Source: Holophagales bacterium
Lineage (GTDB): Bacteria > Acidobacteriota > Thermoanaerobaculia > Multivoradales > Multivoraceae
Direction: 5' to 3'
Length of the DNA: 64,000 nt
Assembly: GCA_009837885.1 (NCBI GenBank)
Contig: VXSP01000045.1
Location: 325,526 to 389,525, forward strand
Under the pieces are notes generated by a model, which was not told where the DNA came from, made no database searches, and was given only the letters and a program-made list of their open reading frames with translations. A program made the translations under genes and the position numbers. Every line of letters starts with the position of its first letter. Position 1 is the stretch's first letter. Of this stretch, positions 27,509-37,207 are shown piece by piece.

Positions 27509-27665
27509 GAGGGGTGCTACGTGATTTTTTGGCGACTTACCGAGTGTACCTGTGGGGTTTTGTCCTCGTCGTCCGCGTCGTGATGGGTAACGTTGTCTTT
27601 GTGTTCGGCCTGGCGGAGGAGTAGGGTCCGGGCAGGTCGGCGCGAACCGGGCGGAGGTTTCGGAG

Positions 27666-30275
27666 ATGGGAGTTCCTTGCTGGCGTCTTTTGGCGCTTGG
27701 GCTGTTGCTCGCCCAGTTCCTGGTTGGTCCGTTGTCCGGCCAGCAGGACGGCGGGGCCGAGGCGGCGGATACCGCGCACGACGAAGCGGAGTCCGACGAG
27801 CCCGCGGCCCACGTCGACGAGGAGATCGTCGTCACCGGCAGCCGGGCGCGGGAGCGTTCGGTGACGAAGTCGATGGTGCCCATCGACGTGATCTCGGCGG
27901 AGCACGTGGCGCATCAGGGGGAGACGAACCTCGACCAGCTTCTGCGCACCGTGGTGCCGTCGCTGAACATCAGTTCGATCAGCGGCGACGCGGCGACCAT
28001 CGTGCGGCCCACGAACCTGCGCGGCCTGGCGCCCGATCACACGCTGGTGCTGGTGAACGGCAAGCGGCGGCATCGCGGGGCCGTGATCCTGTGGTCGCGA
28101 ATCGGCGTCTCCCACGGCGCGCAGGGGCCTGACCTGTCCGCGATTCCGGCGATCGCGCTTCGCCAGGTCGAGGTGCTGAGGGACGGCGCTTCGGCGCAGT
28201 ACGGCTCCGACGCGATCGCGGGGATCATGAACTTCCGGCTCAAGGAGGCACGTGCCGGCGGTTCACTGGAGGTACTGACCGGCCTGTACGACGCGGGCGA
28301 CGGCGAATCCGTGACCGTTGCCGGCAACGTCGGCCTGCCCTGGGGCGAGACCGGTTTCGCGAATCTGAGCCTCGAGGTCGGCGGCGCGAACCCGACGAAT
28401 CGCGCAATCCAGCGAGCCGACGCGGCGGCCCTGGTCGCCGTGGGCAACACCCACGTGGCCGATCCCGCTCAGAGGTGGGGCAAGGCCGAGGTCGACGACG
28501 ACCTGAAGTTCTTCATCAACTTCGGCCGGCCGCTGGGAAGCAGCGGGACGGTGCGGTTCTACGGCTGGGCGAACCACGCGGACCGCAATGTGACGGCGAG
28601 GAACTTCTTCTTTCGGAACCCCAACACCCGGGACGCGGTCTACAGCGGCGACGGCGGCGCGACGCTGCTGATCGGCGACGCCCTGGACGCGGCGGACGGG
28701 GCGCCGGACGGCTCGGCCGGATGTCCCGTCGTCGCGGTGACGGATGCGTTGCCGGATCAGGACGCGCTCGCCCGGGTACTTGACGATCCGAACTGCTTCA
28801 GCTTCCAGGAGCTCTTTCCGGGCGGCTTCCAGCCGGTGTTCGGCGGCGACCGCGTGGACTCTTCGCTCGTCCTCGGAGTTCGCGGGTTCACCGCCTCCGG
28901 CACCGTATGGGACGTGAGCGTCAGCACCGGCCGGAACGAGATCGACTTCCTGCTGTTCGACAGCGTGAACGCCTCGCTCGGGCCGCTCAGCCCGACATCC
29001 TTCGAGCCCGGCCTCTACGGCCAGCGCGATGTGAGCGCGAACGTCGATCTGTTGCGTCAGTTCGGCGAACGGCTCTACCTGGCCGGCGGCCTGGAGTGGC
29101 GGGAGGAGCGGTTCGAGATCGGCCTCGGCGACCCCGCCTCCTGGCAGATCGGCCCCTACGCCCGGCAGGGATTCAGTTCCGGCTCGAACGGCTTTCCCGG
29201 GTTCAGCCCGGTCGCTGCGGGAGACTGGAGCCGTGCCAACGCGGCGGTCTACGGCGACCTGGAGTACGGGCCGCCGGACGAGTCCTGGAACCTGGGCCTG
29301 GCGCTGCGCTTCGAGGACTACGAGGACTTCGGCTCGACGCTCAACGGCAAGGTCGCTGGCCGCCGTCAGGTGTCCGAGGCGCTCGCCCTGCGCGCGAGTG
29401 CGTCGACGGGCTTCCGGGCGCCGACGCCCGGCCAGCAGAACGCGTTCAACGTCTCCACGCAGTGGGACGCGGAGCGGTTCGAACTGGTGAACAACGGCAC
29501 GATCCCGCCGGCCTCCAGGGTGGCGGAGCTACGGGGAGGCAAGGCGCTCGACGCGGAGAAGTCGGTCAACCTGGCCGCCGGCGCGGTCCTCGAGCGCGGT
29601 CCGTTGACGCTCACGGCGGACGTGTTCCGCGTCGACGTGAGCGATCGCCTGGGGGTCACCGGCCTGTTCGCTCTTCAGCCCTTCGAGGTCGAGCAACTGC
29701 TGGCGGAAGGCATCACGAGCGCCGCCAACATCACGAACTTCCGTTTCTTCGCCAACGACTTCGAGACCCGCACCGAGGGCCTGGACCTGGTCGTCACCTG
29801 GCGGCCGCCCCAGGCCGGCGGGCACACGACGCTCGACCTCGCGCTCAACGTGACCTCGACCGAGGTCGTGGACTTCAACCCGCTGACCCTGGACCGGCAG
29901 CGCATCCGCGAGCTGGAGGAGGCCCTGCCGGGCGTGCGCTGGAATGCGACGCTGCACCACGAACTGGGCCGTCACACCGCGACCCGGCGGCCGGTCGAGT
30001 TGCTCGCCCGGCTCGGCTACTACGACGGCTGGTACGACCCGTTCATCTCCGTCGACTTCAGCGGCGTGTACCTGCTCGATGCCGAGGTTGGCTTTCCTTT
30101 GCGCGACGGAGCCCGGCTGGCGATCGGCGCTCGCAACGTCCTGGGCGAGACCGGCACGGGCAATCCGACGCCGACGCGGCTGGGCAACCTGCACAGCACC
30201 CGCGCGCCGTTCGACGTCAGCGGCGGTTACTACTACGCCCGGTTGCAGTATGGCTGGGGCGGCGCGGCCCCCTGA
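27666..30275 (+). CDS. TonB-dependent outer-membrane receptor
   Basis: 869 aa with a signal peptide. Plug-domain motifs: EEIVVTGSR, IDVISAE, NLRGL....TLVLVNGKR, VEVLRDGASAQYGSDAIAGIMN. A long beta-barrel region follows. Confidence 0.9.
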   Translation: MGVPCWRLLALGLLLAQFLVGPLSGQQDGGAEAADTAHDEAESDEPAAHVDEEIVVTGSRARERSVTKSMVPIDVISAEHVAHQGETNLDQLLRTVVPSLNISSISGDAATIVRPTNLRGLAPDHTLVLVNGKRRHRGAVILWSRIGVSHGAQGPDLSAIPAIALRQVEVLRDGASAQYGSDAIAGIMNFRLKEARAGGSLEVLTGLYDAGDGESVTVAGNVGLPWGETGFANLSLEVGGANPTNRAIQRADAAALVAVGNTHVADPAQRWGKAEVDDDLKFFINFGRPLGSSGTVRFYGWANHADRNVTARNFFFRNPNTRDAVYSGDGGATLLIGDALDAADGAPDGSAGCPVVAVTDALPDQDALARVLDDPNCFSFQELFPGGFQPVFGGDRVDSSLVLGVRGFTASGTVWDVSVSTGRNEIDFLLFDSVNASLGPLSPTSFEPGLYGQRDVSANVDLLRQFGERLYLAGGLEWREERFEIGLGDPASWQIGPYARQGFSSGSNGFPGFSPVAAGDWSRANAAVYGDLEYGPPDESWNLGLALRFEDYEDFGSTLNGKVAGRRQVSEALALRASASTGFRAPTPGQQNAFNVSTQWDAERFELVNNGTIPPASRVAELRGGKALDAEKSVNLAAGAVLERGPLTLTADVFRVDVSDRLGVTGLFALQPFEVEQLLAEGITSAANITNFRFFANDFETRTEGLDLVVTWRPPQAGGHTTLDLALNVTSTEVVDFNPLTLDRQRIRELEEALPGVRWNATLHHELGRHTATRRPVELLARLGYYDGWYDPFISVDFSGVYLLDAEVGFPLRDGARLAIGARNVLGETGTGNPTPTRLGNLHSTRAPFDVSGGYYYARLQYGWGGAAP

Positions 30276-30341
30276 GCTACGGCTACTGCTGCCGCTTGGC
30301 GGGTTGTGGCTCGGGCGGCGACGGGTGAGTCGGTCTCGCGT

Positions 30342-33300
30342 TCAGGCCTGAACCCGGGAGCGCTGCATCGCGGGGGCGCCCTGCGGGAGGTGCATGCCGG
30401 CCTGCCGCGCCGCCTTCCGACGGCCGCGAATGGCGCGCCGCCGTTCCCGCCCGCGCTCGACCAGGAGATAGAGCGAGGGCACGAAGATCAGGGTGATCAG
30501 CGTCGAGGCGAGCAGGCCACCGACGACCACGCGGGCCAGCGGCGCCTGGAGTTCGGAGCCCTCGCCGATCCCGAGGGTCAGCGGCAGCAGGCCGAGGGCG
30601 GTGGTCAGCGTCGTCATCAGGATCGGCCGCAGGCGGCGTCTGGAGCCGCGGATCAGCGCCTCGTGGAGGGTGCAGCCGACGTCCCGGCGCATGCGGTTCA
30701 CGTTGTCCACGAGCACGATCGCGTTGTTGACCACGATGCCGACCAGGACGACCAGGCCGAGGAAGGAGTTCATGTTCAGGGTCGTGCCCGTAACCGCCAG
30801 GGTCAGCAGCACGCCGAGCAGCGAGAACGGCACCGCGGTCATGATGACCAGGGGCTGGACCAGGGACTCGAACTGGACTGCCATCACCGTGTAGACGAGG
30901 AAGACCGCGAGCAGCACGCCGATCAGGAGCTCCACGAAGACCTGGCGCTGCTCTTCCAACTCGCCGCCCATGTCGATCGTGAAGCCGTAGGGTGTTTCGA
31001 TCCGCGCCAGGGCCGCCTCGACGTCGTTCGCCGCATCGCTGAACCTTCGTCCGTCGATGCCGGCGAGGACCTGCATGTAGCGCTCCTGGTTCTCACGGTT
31101 GATGGACAGGGGCCCCTCGCCGGGATTGATGCTGGCGACCGAGCCCAGGGGCACGATGTCGCCGCGCGGAGTGACGATGGGTAGTTGCGGCAGCTGCTCG
31201 ATGCGCAACCGATCCTCGGGCTGGAGCTGGACCCGGATGTCGAACTCGTCGCCCTGGTCGCGGAACTTGGTCGCCACCCGTCCGAGGACGTAGTGCTCGA
31301 CGGCATCGGCGACCTGGCTGCCATTGAGGCCGAGTTCGGCGAGGCGGGCGCGATCGACTCGCAGGGTCCGCTCGAGCTGGCCGGATTCACGGTCGAGGCG
31401 CGGGTGGACGACCCCGGGGACCGCGGCCATCGCATCGATCACGCGCTGGGCGAGCTCGTTGCCCTGGTCCAGGTCGTGGCCGCGGATCTCGACGACGAGA
31501 CGGGCGTCCTGGCCGCCGCGCATCATCCTCATCATCATGTTGTTGGACGAGGCGTAGAGCTGCACCTGGGCGGCCGGCACGTCGGCGATGGCGTGGCGGA
31601 TCGACGCGAGGACTTCCTCCTGGCCGCGAGTTCGTTCGGTCAGCGGGGTGAGCAGGATCTCCATCGTGCCCTGGTTGGACTGGGCGGGCCGCCACCAGCT
31701 CTCGGGACCGGCGGTGGTGATCAGGCTGTCGAGTTCGTCGGGTCTGAGCGCGCCGCGGACCCGGGCTTCGATCTCCTCCATCGTGCCGGTGGTCTCATCA
31801 AGGGGAGCGCCCACGGGCATCTCGACCCGCATGTTGAGCCGGCCCTCGTCGCTCTCGGGCATCAACTCGAGGCCGATGATGGGCACCAGGGCGAAGGAAC
31901 CGAGCAGGAGCACGACCGCCGTGGCCATCACGCGGCCGGGCCTGCCGAGGGCCCACTCGATCATCCGGCCGTAGGCCATGTCGACCGGCCCGAGGGCGGC
32001 GACGCACTCGTCCGTCACCTGGCGGCTCTTCGGGACTTCCCGCAGCCAGCGGGCGGCGGCGGCCGGAATCAGCGTCAGGGCGACGAACAGCGCGCAGAGC
32101 AGGGCGAAACTGACCGTGATCGCCAACTGGTTGAAGAAGATGCCGGCGAAGCCGGAGATGAAGACGACCGGCAGGAAGACGGCCACCGTGGTCAGCGTGC
32201 CGGCCGCGATCGCCATCGCCACCTCGTTGCTGCCGGCGACCGCCGCGGCGGTGGGGCGTTCGCCCTCGTGGAGCCGGCGGTAGATGCTCTCGAGCACCAC
32301 GATCGAGCCGTCGACCAGCATGCCGACGCCGAGCGCGATGCCGGCCAGGGAGATCACGTTCAGCGTGAAGCCGTTGAAGTACATCAGGGCGATCGTCGCC
32401 AGCACCGAGATCGGAATTGCGGCGCCGACGATCAGGGTCGCCCGCATGTCGCGGAGGAAGAACATCAGCACGAGCACCGCCAGCGCGGCGCCGAACATGG
32501 CTCCCAACTGGACGTTGTTCACGGCCTGCCGGATGAAGGCGGCGCCGTCCATGAGGATCGTGATCTCGGCGCGACCGGCGTAGTCGCGGTTGATCGCGTC
32601 GATCTCGCGCTTCAGGCGATCCACGACCTCGACCGTGTTCGAGCCGGACTGCTTCATCACGAACATCCGCATGCCTTCGGCGCCGTTGATCCACAGCTCG
32701 TTCGTCATTTCGCGGATGCCGTCGTCGACCCGACCGACATCCCGCACCAGGATCGGCCGGCCGTCGCGGATCGCGACGATCGTGTTCTCGACGTCGACCT
32801 TGCGCTCGAACTCGCCGATCGCGCGGATCAGGACCTCCCGCCCCGTCTCCAGCATGTCTCCGGCGGAGACGTTGCGGTTTTCGCGGGACAGGGCGTTGGT
32901 GACCTCGCTCGGCGTGATTCCGAGGGCGGCCATCCGGTCGGCGGCGAGCTGGACCTGGATCTCCCGCACGCGGCCGCCCTGGATGTCCACCGAGGCAACG
33001 CCGGGCAGGCGTTCCAGCCGCCGGCTGATCGTCTGTTCGGCCATGTGGCGGACCTGGCGCGCGTCGCCCGTGCCCGACAGGCCCAGGAAGACGACCGGCA
33101 TGTCGGAGAGGTTGAACTTGAACAGGGTCGGTTCGGAGGCGTCCTCGGGCAGCATGCCGCGCACGAAGTCGAGCTGCTCCCGGATGTCGTTGACCACTTC
33201 GTTCAGGTCGACGCCCCAGTCGAACTGTGCCTGGATGCTGCTCATGCCCTCCGCGGACATGGAGTTCAACTGGTCGAGACCGGTGACGGTGGACAGGGCC

Positions 33301-33506
33301 TGCTCGACCGGCCGGGTGATCAGGCTCTCCATCTCCTCCGGCGCCACGCCTTCGTAGGTCGTCGTGATCGAGATCCGGGGCATGTCGACTTCGGGCATCA
33401 GGTCGACGGCGAGCTGGCGCACGGCGACCAGACCGATCACGACGACGCAAACGTAGAGCATGGTCACGCCCACCGGGCGGTTGGCGGAAAGGCGGGGGAG
33501 GTTCAT
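30342..33506 (-). CDS. RND efflux transporter permease (AcrB/HAE family)
   Basis: Start re-placed at ATG 33506 (MNLPRLSANRPVGVTMLY). 12-TM AcrB-type layout with two large periplasmic loops. The track ORF's upstream extension overlaps the MFP gene. Confidence 0.9.
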   Translation of the reverse strand: MNLPRLSANRPVGVTMLYVCVVVIGLVAVRQLAVDLMPEVDMPRISITTTYEGVAPEEMESLITRPVEQALSTVTGLDQLNSMSAEGMSSIQAQFDWGVDLNEVVNDIREQLDFVRGMLPEDASEPTLFKFNLSDMPVVFLGLSGTGDARQVRHMAEQTISRRLERLPGVASVDIQGGRVREIQVQLAADRMAALGITPSEVTNALSRENRNVSAGDMLETGREVLIRAIGEFERKVDVENTIVAIRDGRPILVRDVGRVDDGIREMTNELWINGAEGMRMFVMKQSGSNTVEVVDRLKREIDAINRDYAGRAEITILMDGAAFIRQAVNNVQLGAMFGAALAVLVLMFFLRDMRATLIVGAAIPISVLATIALMYFNGFTLNVISLAGIALGVGMLVDGSIVVLESIYRRLHEGERPTAAAVAGSNEVAMAIAAGTLTTVAVFLPVVFISGFAGIFFNQLAITVSFALLCALFVALTLIPAAAARWLREVPKSRQVTDECVAALGPVDMAYGRMIEWALGRPGRVMATAVVLLLGSFALVPIIGLELMPESDEGRLNMRVEMPVGAPLDETTGTMEEIEARVRGALRPDELDSLITTAGPESWWRPAQSNQGTMEILLTPLTERTRGQEEVLASIRHAIADVPAAQVQLYASSNNMMMRMMRGGQDARLVVEIRGHDLDQGNELAQRVIDAMAAVPGVVHPRLDRESGQLERTLRVDRARLAELGLNGSQVADAVEHYVLGRVATKFRDQGDEFDIRVQLQPEDRLRIEQLPQLPIVTPRGDIVPLGSVASINPGEGPLSINRENQERYMQVLAGIDGRRFSDAANDVEAALARIETPYGFTIDMGGELEEQRQVFVELLIGVLLAVFLVYTVMAVQFESLVQPLVIMTAVPFSLLGVLLTLAVTGTTLNMNSFLGLVVLVGIVVNNAIVLVDNVNRMRRDVGCTLHEALIRGSRRRLRPILMTTLTTALGLLPLTLGIGEGSELQAPLARVVVGGLLASTLITLIFVPSLYLLVERGRERRRAIRGRRKAARQAGMHLPQGAPAMQRSRVQA

Positions 33507-33514
33507 CGTCGGCC

Positions 33515-34807
33515 TCAGAGTCCGGCGGCGCCAGTGGGCGAGGGCTGTGCTTCTGATGGTTGGGGCTCGTTGCGGACGACCCGAACGGGCGCGCCGTGTC
33601 CCAACTGGTTGTGGCCCATCGTCAGGACGAGCTCGCCGGCTTCGACGGGACCGGCGATCGCGCTGTACTCCCCGGAGCGGCCCGCGACCGTGACCGCGCG
33701 CCACTGGGCGAGGCCGTCGACCGGCACCATGACTCCCGTGGAGCGCGCGCCGTCCATCGCCACCCGTTCGAGCAGGGCGGTACCCGGTACGATCAGTGCG
33801 TTTTCGAGATCCCGCAGGCTGACGGAGACGTCGGCGTACATGCCCGGCAGGAGCAGGTCGTCCGTTTCGGCCAACTCGCCCTCGACGAGCACGGTGCGGT
33901 CGTTGCGGCGCACCTCGCCGGCGACCCGGCGCACGATGCCGCCGAAAGTCCGGTCGCCCGTGGCTTCGGTGACCACGTCGAAGGCGGCGCCGGTCTGGAC
34001 CGCCGAAAGATCGCGTTCCGGAACCCGAAACTGGACCAGAAGCGGCGCCTCCTCGACCAGGCGCAGAATCGGCGTGCCCGGCTGGACCAGGGCGCCGCGG
34101 TCCAGGTAACGATCCGAGACGACGGCGTCGAACGGCGCCCGCACGCGGGTGTTCGCGAACTGCTCGGCGAGCAGCGCCTCGCGGGCCGCGGACTGCTGGA
34201 CCTGGGCCTCGCCGGCGGCCAGGTTCGCCTTCGTCGTCGCGTACTGGGAACTGACCTGCTGCTGCTCCTGCTCGGAGAGGAGACCCTGGTCGTAGAGCTC
34301 CATCGCCCGCTGGTAGTCGGCTTCGACGCCGACGAGCTCGGCGGCGGCGCGATCGCGGTTGGCCTCCGCGACGCCGAGTTGACCGCGCGCCTCCTGGAGC
34401 TGGTTCCTCACTTCGACGTCGGCGATCACCGCGATCACCGTGCCGGCCGCGACCCGCTGGCCGATTCGTGCCGGGACGTCGATCAGGAGCCCGGAGACCT
34501 GGGGTGAGATGTCGGAGACCTCCCCCACGAGTTCTCCCGAATAGGCGGTGCGCACGGAGAGGAATCCGCGCCACGCGGCGACGGCGCGCACGGGTACTGC
34601 CTGGGTCATCTGCGCGTCCGCCGCCTGGCCGCCTGCACGCGCCTGGGACCCGCGGCCGAAGGCGAACACGGCGGCCGCGACGAGCACGAGGGCCGCGACG
34701 GCAAGCCCCGCGATCTGCGGGCGGCTGATCCGGCGGCCGGGTTTCGGAGCGGCTCTCGGGGAGCGCGGCATTGCGCCGCCTCCATTGGGTTGCTGAGCTA
34801 TAGCCAT
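33515..34807 (-). CDS. RND efflux periplasmic adaptor (HlyD/MFP family)
   Basis: 430 aa with an N-terminal TM anchor, a coiled-coil hairpin (LQEARGQLGVAEAN...QVQQSAAREAL) and beta-barrel segments. It lies directly upstream of the RND pump. Confidence 0.85.
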   Translation of the reverse strand: MAIAQQPNGGGAMPRSPRAAPKPGRRISRPQIAGLAVAALVLVAAAVFAFGRGSQARAGGQAADAQMTQAVPVRAVAAWRGFLSVRTAYSGELVGEVSDISPQVSGLLIDVPARIGQRVAAGTVIAVIADVEVRNQLQEARGQLGVAEANRDRAAAELVGVEADYQRAMELYDQGLLSEQEQQQVSSQYATTKANLAAGEAQVQQSAAREALLAEQFANTRVRAPFDAVVSDRYLDRGALVQPGTPILRLVEEAPLLVQFRVPERDLSAVQTGAAFDVVTEATGDRTFGGIVRRVAGEVRRNDRTVLVEGELAETDDLLLPGMYADVSVSLRDLENALIVPGTALLERVAMDGARSTGVMVPVDGLAQWRAVTVAGRSGEYSAIAGPVEAGELVLTMGHNQLGHGAPVRVVRNEPQPSEAQPSPTGAAGL

Positions 34808-34850
34808 GAGATCGTCGTTTCTTTCTGGTCTGACGGTTCTTCCGCGTCGT

Positions 34851-35393
34851 CTACGCGGTGCCGGGTCGGGAGTTGCCGTCGTCGCCCGCCATCGCCGCGA
34901 GCACGGAGTTCAGGCTGTCGGCGAGGATCGAGTAGAAGCGGATGAACCGATCCAGCCGCTCGGCGACGACGCCGCCGGCGCCGGACTCGGGAAGGAGCGC
35001 CTGCTTCATCTCCTCGGCGCTGGCTTGCCGCGCCCGGTAGCGATCGACGATCCGCAGCAGGAGGCCCGGCTCCTCGTTGATCTTGAAGTAGTCGCGGCGG
35101 TCGCCCGGACGGGTCACGCGCTGGATGACGCCCATGTTCTCCAGCAGGCGCGTGTTCGTGCTGATGCTGCCGCGGCTGACCCGAAGGCGCTCGGTGAGAT
35201 GGTCGAACCGGACGGGTTCGGGCGAGAGGATGAGCAGGCCGACGAGGCGGCCGGCGATCCGGGGCAGGCGGTCCTCTTCGTGCGCGAGCCCCATCGCTTC
35301 GATGAAGCGCTCCTCCGCGACGCGCAGGCTGAAGTCGGCGGCGGAGGACTCGGCGGCTGGATCCGGAACGGGAATCGGTTCGGAGACGGTCAT
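34851..35393 (-). CDS. MarR/GbsR-type winged-helix transcriptional regulator
   Basis: 180 aa. wHTH region: LTERLRVSRGSISTNTRLLENMGVIQRV..PGDRRDYF. First gene of the efflux operon. Confidence 0.75.
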   Translation of the reverse strand: MTVSEPIPVPDPAAESSAADFSLRVAEERFIEAMGLAHEEDRLPRIAGRLVGLLILSPEPVRFDHLTERLRVSRGSISTNTRLLENMGVIQRVTRPGDRRDYFKINEEPGLLLRIVDRYRARQASAEEMKQALLPESGAGGVVAERLDRFIRFYSILADSLNSVLAAMAGDDGNSRPGTA

Positions 35394-35498
35394 GAGTCAG
35401 GGATGTTGGATCATCCGGTTTGTTTTGTCAAGACTGAACAGGATGAAACTGATGAACGAAGTGGGCTTTCCTGAGCGCCAGCTACTAGGCTCGCGAGA

Positions 35499-35882
35499 AT
35501 GCGGTCTTCGCGGCCTCGCTCAAGCCCCCGATTCCTGCCCCTGCTGCTCGGCCTGGCGATGCTGGTCTTCGCCCTGCTGCAGATCAACGACCCGGATCCG
35601 CTGATCTGGGTGACCTACTACGCCGCGATCGCCTGCGCCTGCACGATCGCCGCCTACCGGCCGCTGCCCCTTGTCGTCTTTCTGGCGCTCGCCGCGGTCA
35701 CGGCGGCGGGCGTCGTGCTGACGCTGCCCGGGTTCATCGACTGGCTGCTGAACCGTCCGACCAGCGACCTGTGGGCGCCCATGTCGGCCGGCCGGATGTA
35801 CATCGAGCACAGCCGCGAGCTACTCGGACTGCTGATTGCCGGCGGTTTTCTCGTGATGGCGGACCGGCTGTCGCGGAGTTAA
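35499..35882 (+). CDS. Small 4-TM membrane protein (TMEM220-like)
   Basis: 127 aa. LLQINDPDPLIWV.YY motif with four hydrophobic segments. Confidence 0.6.
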   Translation: MRSSRPRSSPRFLPLLLGLAMLVFALLQINDPDPLIWVTYYAAIACACTIAAYRPLPLVVFLALAAVTAAGVVLTLPGFIDWLLNRPTSDLWAPMSAGRMYIEHSRELLGLLIAGGFLVMADRLSRS

Positions 35883-35885
35883 CTG

Positions 35886-37187
35886 CTACTCCTCCGGGAC
35901 CGCGGCGCTCATCATGAAGCCCATCATCATCTCGTCGGTGGAGGGCTGGCCGAAGCGGACCTCGCGGTTCGAGTCGAAGCCGTAGCGAGCGGCCTTTTCG
36001 GGCGAGTTGTCGTACCAGGCGGTGTACTCGATTCGCGTGCCCTTGGGGATGCGCTTCATCTGGTCGTAGTAGTAGACCGTCTGCCAGGAGAAGTCGAACT
36101 CGGGCACGTCGAGCAGCACTTCACTCGTGCCGTCGGGGTAGAAGGCCTCGAAGCGCGCTGCCTTGCCGCGCATGTGCATGTGCGGCATGAGCGCGATGAT
36201 GTCCGAGTCCCTCCGGGCGACGGTGGAGTAGGGGCCCACCTGGTGGTTGCCGTCGTTCGGCGGTATCGCGAAGGTGAAGTCCATGATCGGCCGCAGACCC
36301 GACCCGAGCGAGCGGGTGACCGGCTCGTCGGCGAAGATGAAGCCGATCGACGACTGGTCCCACACGCCCGTGCCGGCGCCGGGCTCCTTGTGGTAGTGGA
36401 TGTCGAACGTCACCCGCGAGCCCTTCCTGAGCAGGAAGCCGTAGCCCTCCGGGTAGCGGTTCGCGTCGCTGCCGGAGGAGACGCCGCCCATGTAGTTGCC
36501 CGCGTTCTCCGGTGACGGGGCGATCTGATCCTGGTTGGGGAACGCGGGTGGAGGCGGCAGCTCGCCGTTCTCGTCCGGCGCCAGCAGGTGAAGGTTGAAG
36601 TGGTGGATGATCTCGCTGTCCGGCTTGCACTGGAAGGCGACCACCCAGCGGTCCTCCGGCAGGTCTTCTTCGGTCAGAACGTAGGAGAACGCTGCGTAGA
36701 GGTCTTCGACATCGTCCTCGACGAAGTAGGGCTCGGGCATCGTCACGACCAGGTCGGGTTCGCCCACGACCCAGCCGCCCGTGCTTGGGAACTCGCGCGG
36801 CGGCGGGGCGTCGGCGGCCTCGCCGGGAGCGGCGCCGCTGCCGGCCCAGTTGACCAGGGTCTCGATCTCGGCCGCGTCCAGCACCCGTTCGTTCGCGAAC
36901 GTGCCGTCGTGTTGCGGATGAGCGTCCCAGGGCGGCATCTCGCGGGCGGCGACCGTACGGGCGATCGACCGGGCCCAGGGGCGCACCTCGGCGTAGGTGG
37001 TGAGCGCCATCGGCGCCCTCATCCCGCCATAGTTGGCTCCGGCCGGGCGGTGACAGTCCTGGCAGTGCATCTGGAGCACCGGCAGCACGTCGGCGTAGAA
37101 AGTCGGCGCGTCGCGATCGGCGGCCGTCGCGGGCGCGGCAGCGACCGCGAGCAGAAGGGCGAGGCAAAGGAGGACTGAACGCTTCAT
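35886..37187 (-). CDS. Secreted haem-c (CxxCH) protein fused to a copper type-II ascorbate-dependent-monooxygenase-like domain
   Basis: 433 aa with a signal peptide. N-terminal CQDCH...MPPW module. Candidate Cu sites: IIHHFNLH (HH), PHMHMRGK (HxH) and DEMMMGF (Met), matching PHM/DBH CuH/CuM spacing logic. Confidence 0.55.
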   Translation of the reverse strand: MKRSVLLCLALLLAVAAAPATAADRDAPTFYADVLPVLQMHCQDCHRPAGANYGGMRAPMALTTYAEVRPWARSIARTVAAREMPPWDAHPQHDGTFANERVLDAAEIETLVNWAGSGAAPGEAADAPPPREFPSTGGWVVGEPDLVVTMPEPYFVEDDVEDLYAAFSYVLTEEDLPEDRWVVAFQCKPDSEIIHHFNLHLLAPDENGELPPPPAFPNQDQIAPSPENAGNYMGGVSSGSDANRYPEGYGFLLRKGSRVTFDIHYHKEPGAGTGVWDQSSIGFIFADEPVTRSLGSGLRPIMDFTFAIPPNDGNHQVGPYSTVARRDSDIIALMPHMHMRGKAARFEAFYPDGTSEVLLDVPEFDFSWQTVYYYDQMKRIPKGTRIEYTAWYDNSPEKAARYGFDSNREVRFGQPSTDEMMMGFMMSAAVPEE

Positions 37188-37207
37188 CGCGTTCAGATTA
37201 CCAGCAC

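Noticed and set aside
27480-27660. Cobalamin or other riboswitch upstream of the TonB-dependent receptor.
   Set aside because: No B12 box (GCCACTG) and no conserved GGTG..AA.CC/AGGGAA core arrangement could be found.
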